A stretch of DNA of 62,481 bases, filler included, from Catajapyx aquilonaris (lineage: Eukaryota): assembly GCA_000934665.2 (NCBI GenBank). It is 4 parts of 4 records of this genome, joined end to end, with 100 filler letters (N's around TTAATTAATTAA, not from the genome) between each part and the next. Parts side by side here need not be neighbours in the genome. Positions count along the whole stretch, not along the records: positions 46,947 to 62,481 come from JYFJ02007474.1; 3 more parts are not named here. The stretch is one strand, 5' to 3'. Shown piece by piece: positions 62,400 to 62,481 of this stretch; position 1 is the stretch's first letter, and every line of letters begins with the position of its first letter. The position numbers and the translations under genes were made by a program. The notes beneath the pieces were generated by a model. The model saw only the letters and a list, made by a program, of their open reading frames with translations, was not told the DNA's origin and did no database searches.

Positions 62400-62481
62400 C
62401 AGTTGAATCCGGATAAAACAAACTTCAAGAGACTGCGGAAAAAGTATGTTATAACCGAGGTCTGTTATAGCCGAATCGTCA
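62400..62481. mobile_element. Left end of a pogo/Tigger element, truncated by the window end
   Basis: TA|CAGTTGAATCCGGATA..., homologous to 53743. Confidence 0.7.

Overview
Eukaryotic (invertebrate, most likely arthropod) nuclear DNA, not prokaryotic. The window is four separate ~15.5 kb contigs (1-15586, 15687-31220, 31321-46846, 46947-62481) joined by artificial 44N-TTAATTAATTAA-44N spacers, so adjacency across spacers is meaningless. Much of contigs 2 and 4 is transposable-element debris: Tc1/mariner (including DD41D) remnants, many MITEs (mariner, pogo/Tigger, hAT-Buster/Charlie, piggyBac-like, Transib-like), modular tRNA-derived SINEs and one probable LTR. The recognisable host genes are all on the minus strand: an isolated LDL-receptor class A exon (contig 1) and, in contig 3, the last four coding exons of an ammonium transporter (Amt, with a GC-AG intron and a possible alternative C-terminus) followed by two tandem four-transmembrane CD20/MS4A-like ORFs. 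The first is a 168-aa, three-exon gene that the ORF track misses. The second is an intronless 283-aa ORF starting 193 nt after the first stop. A consensus splice donor sits 1 nt after the first stop and no canonical poly(A) signal lies between the ORFs, which makes the pair the best candidate for a novel system: a dicistronic, or stop-separated in-frame fused, tetraspan transcript. All protein family calls are by eye from motifs; no database searches were run.
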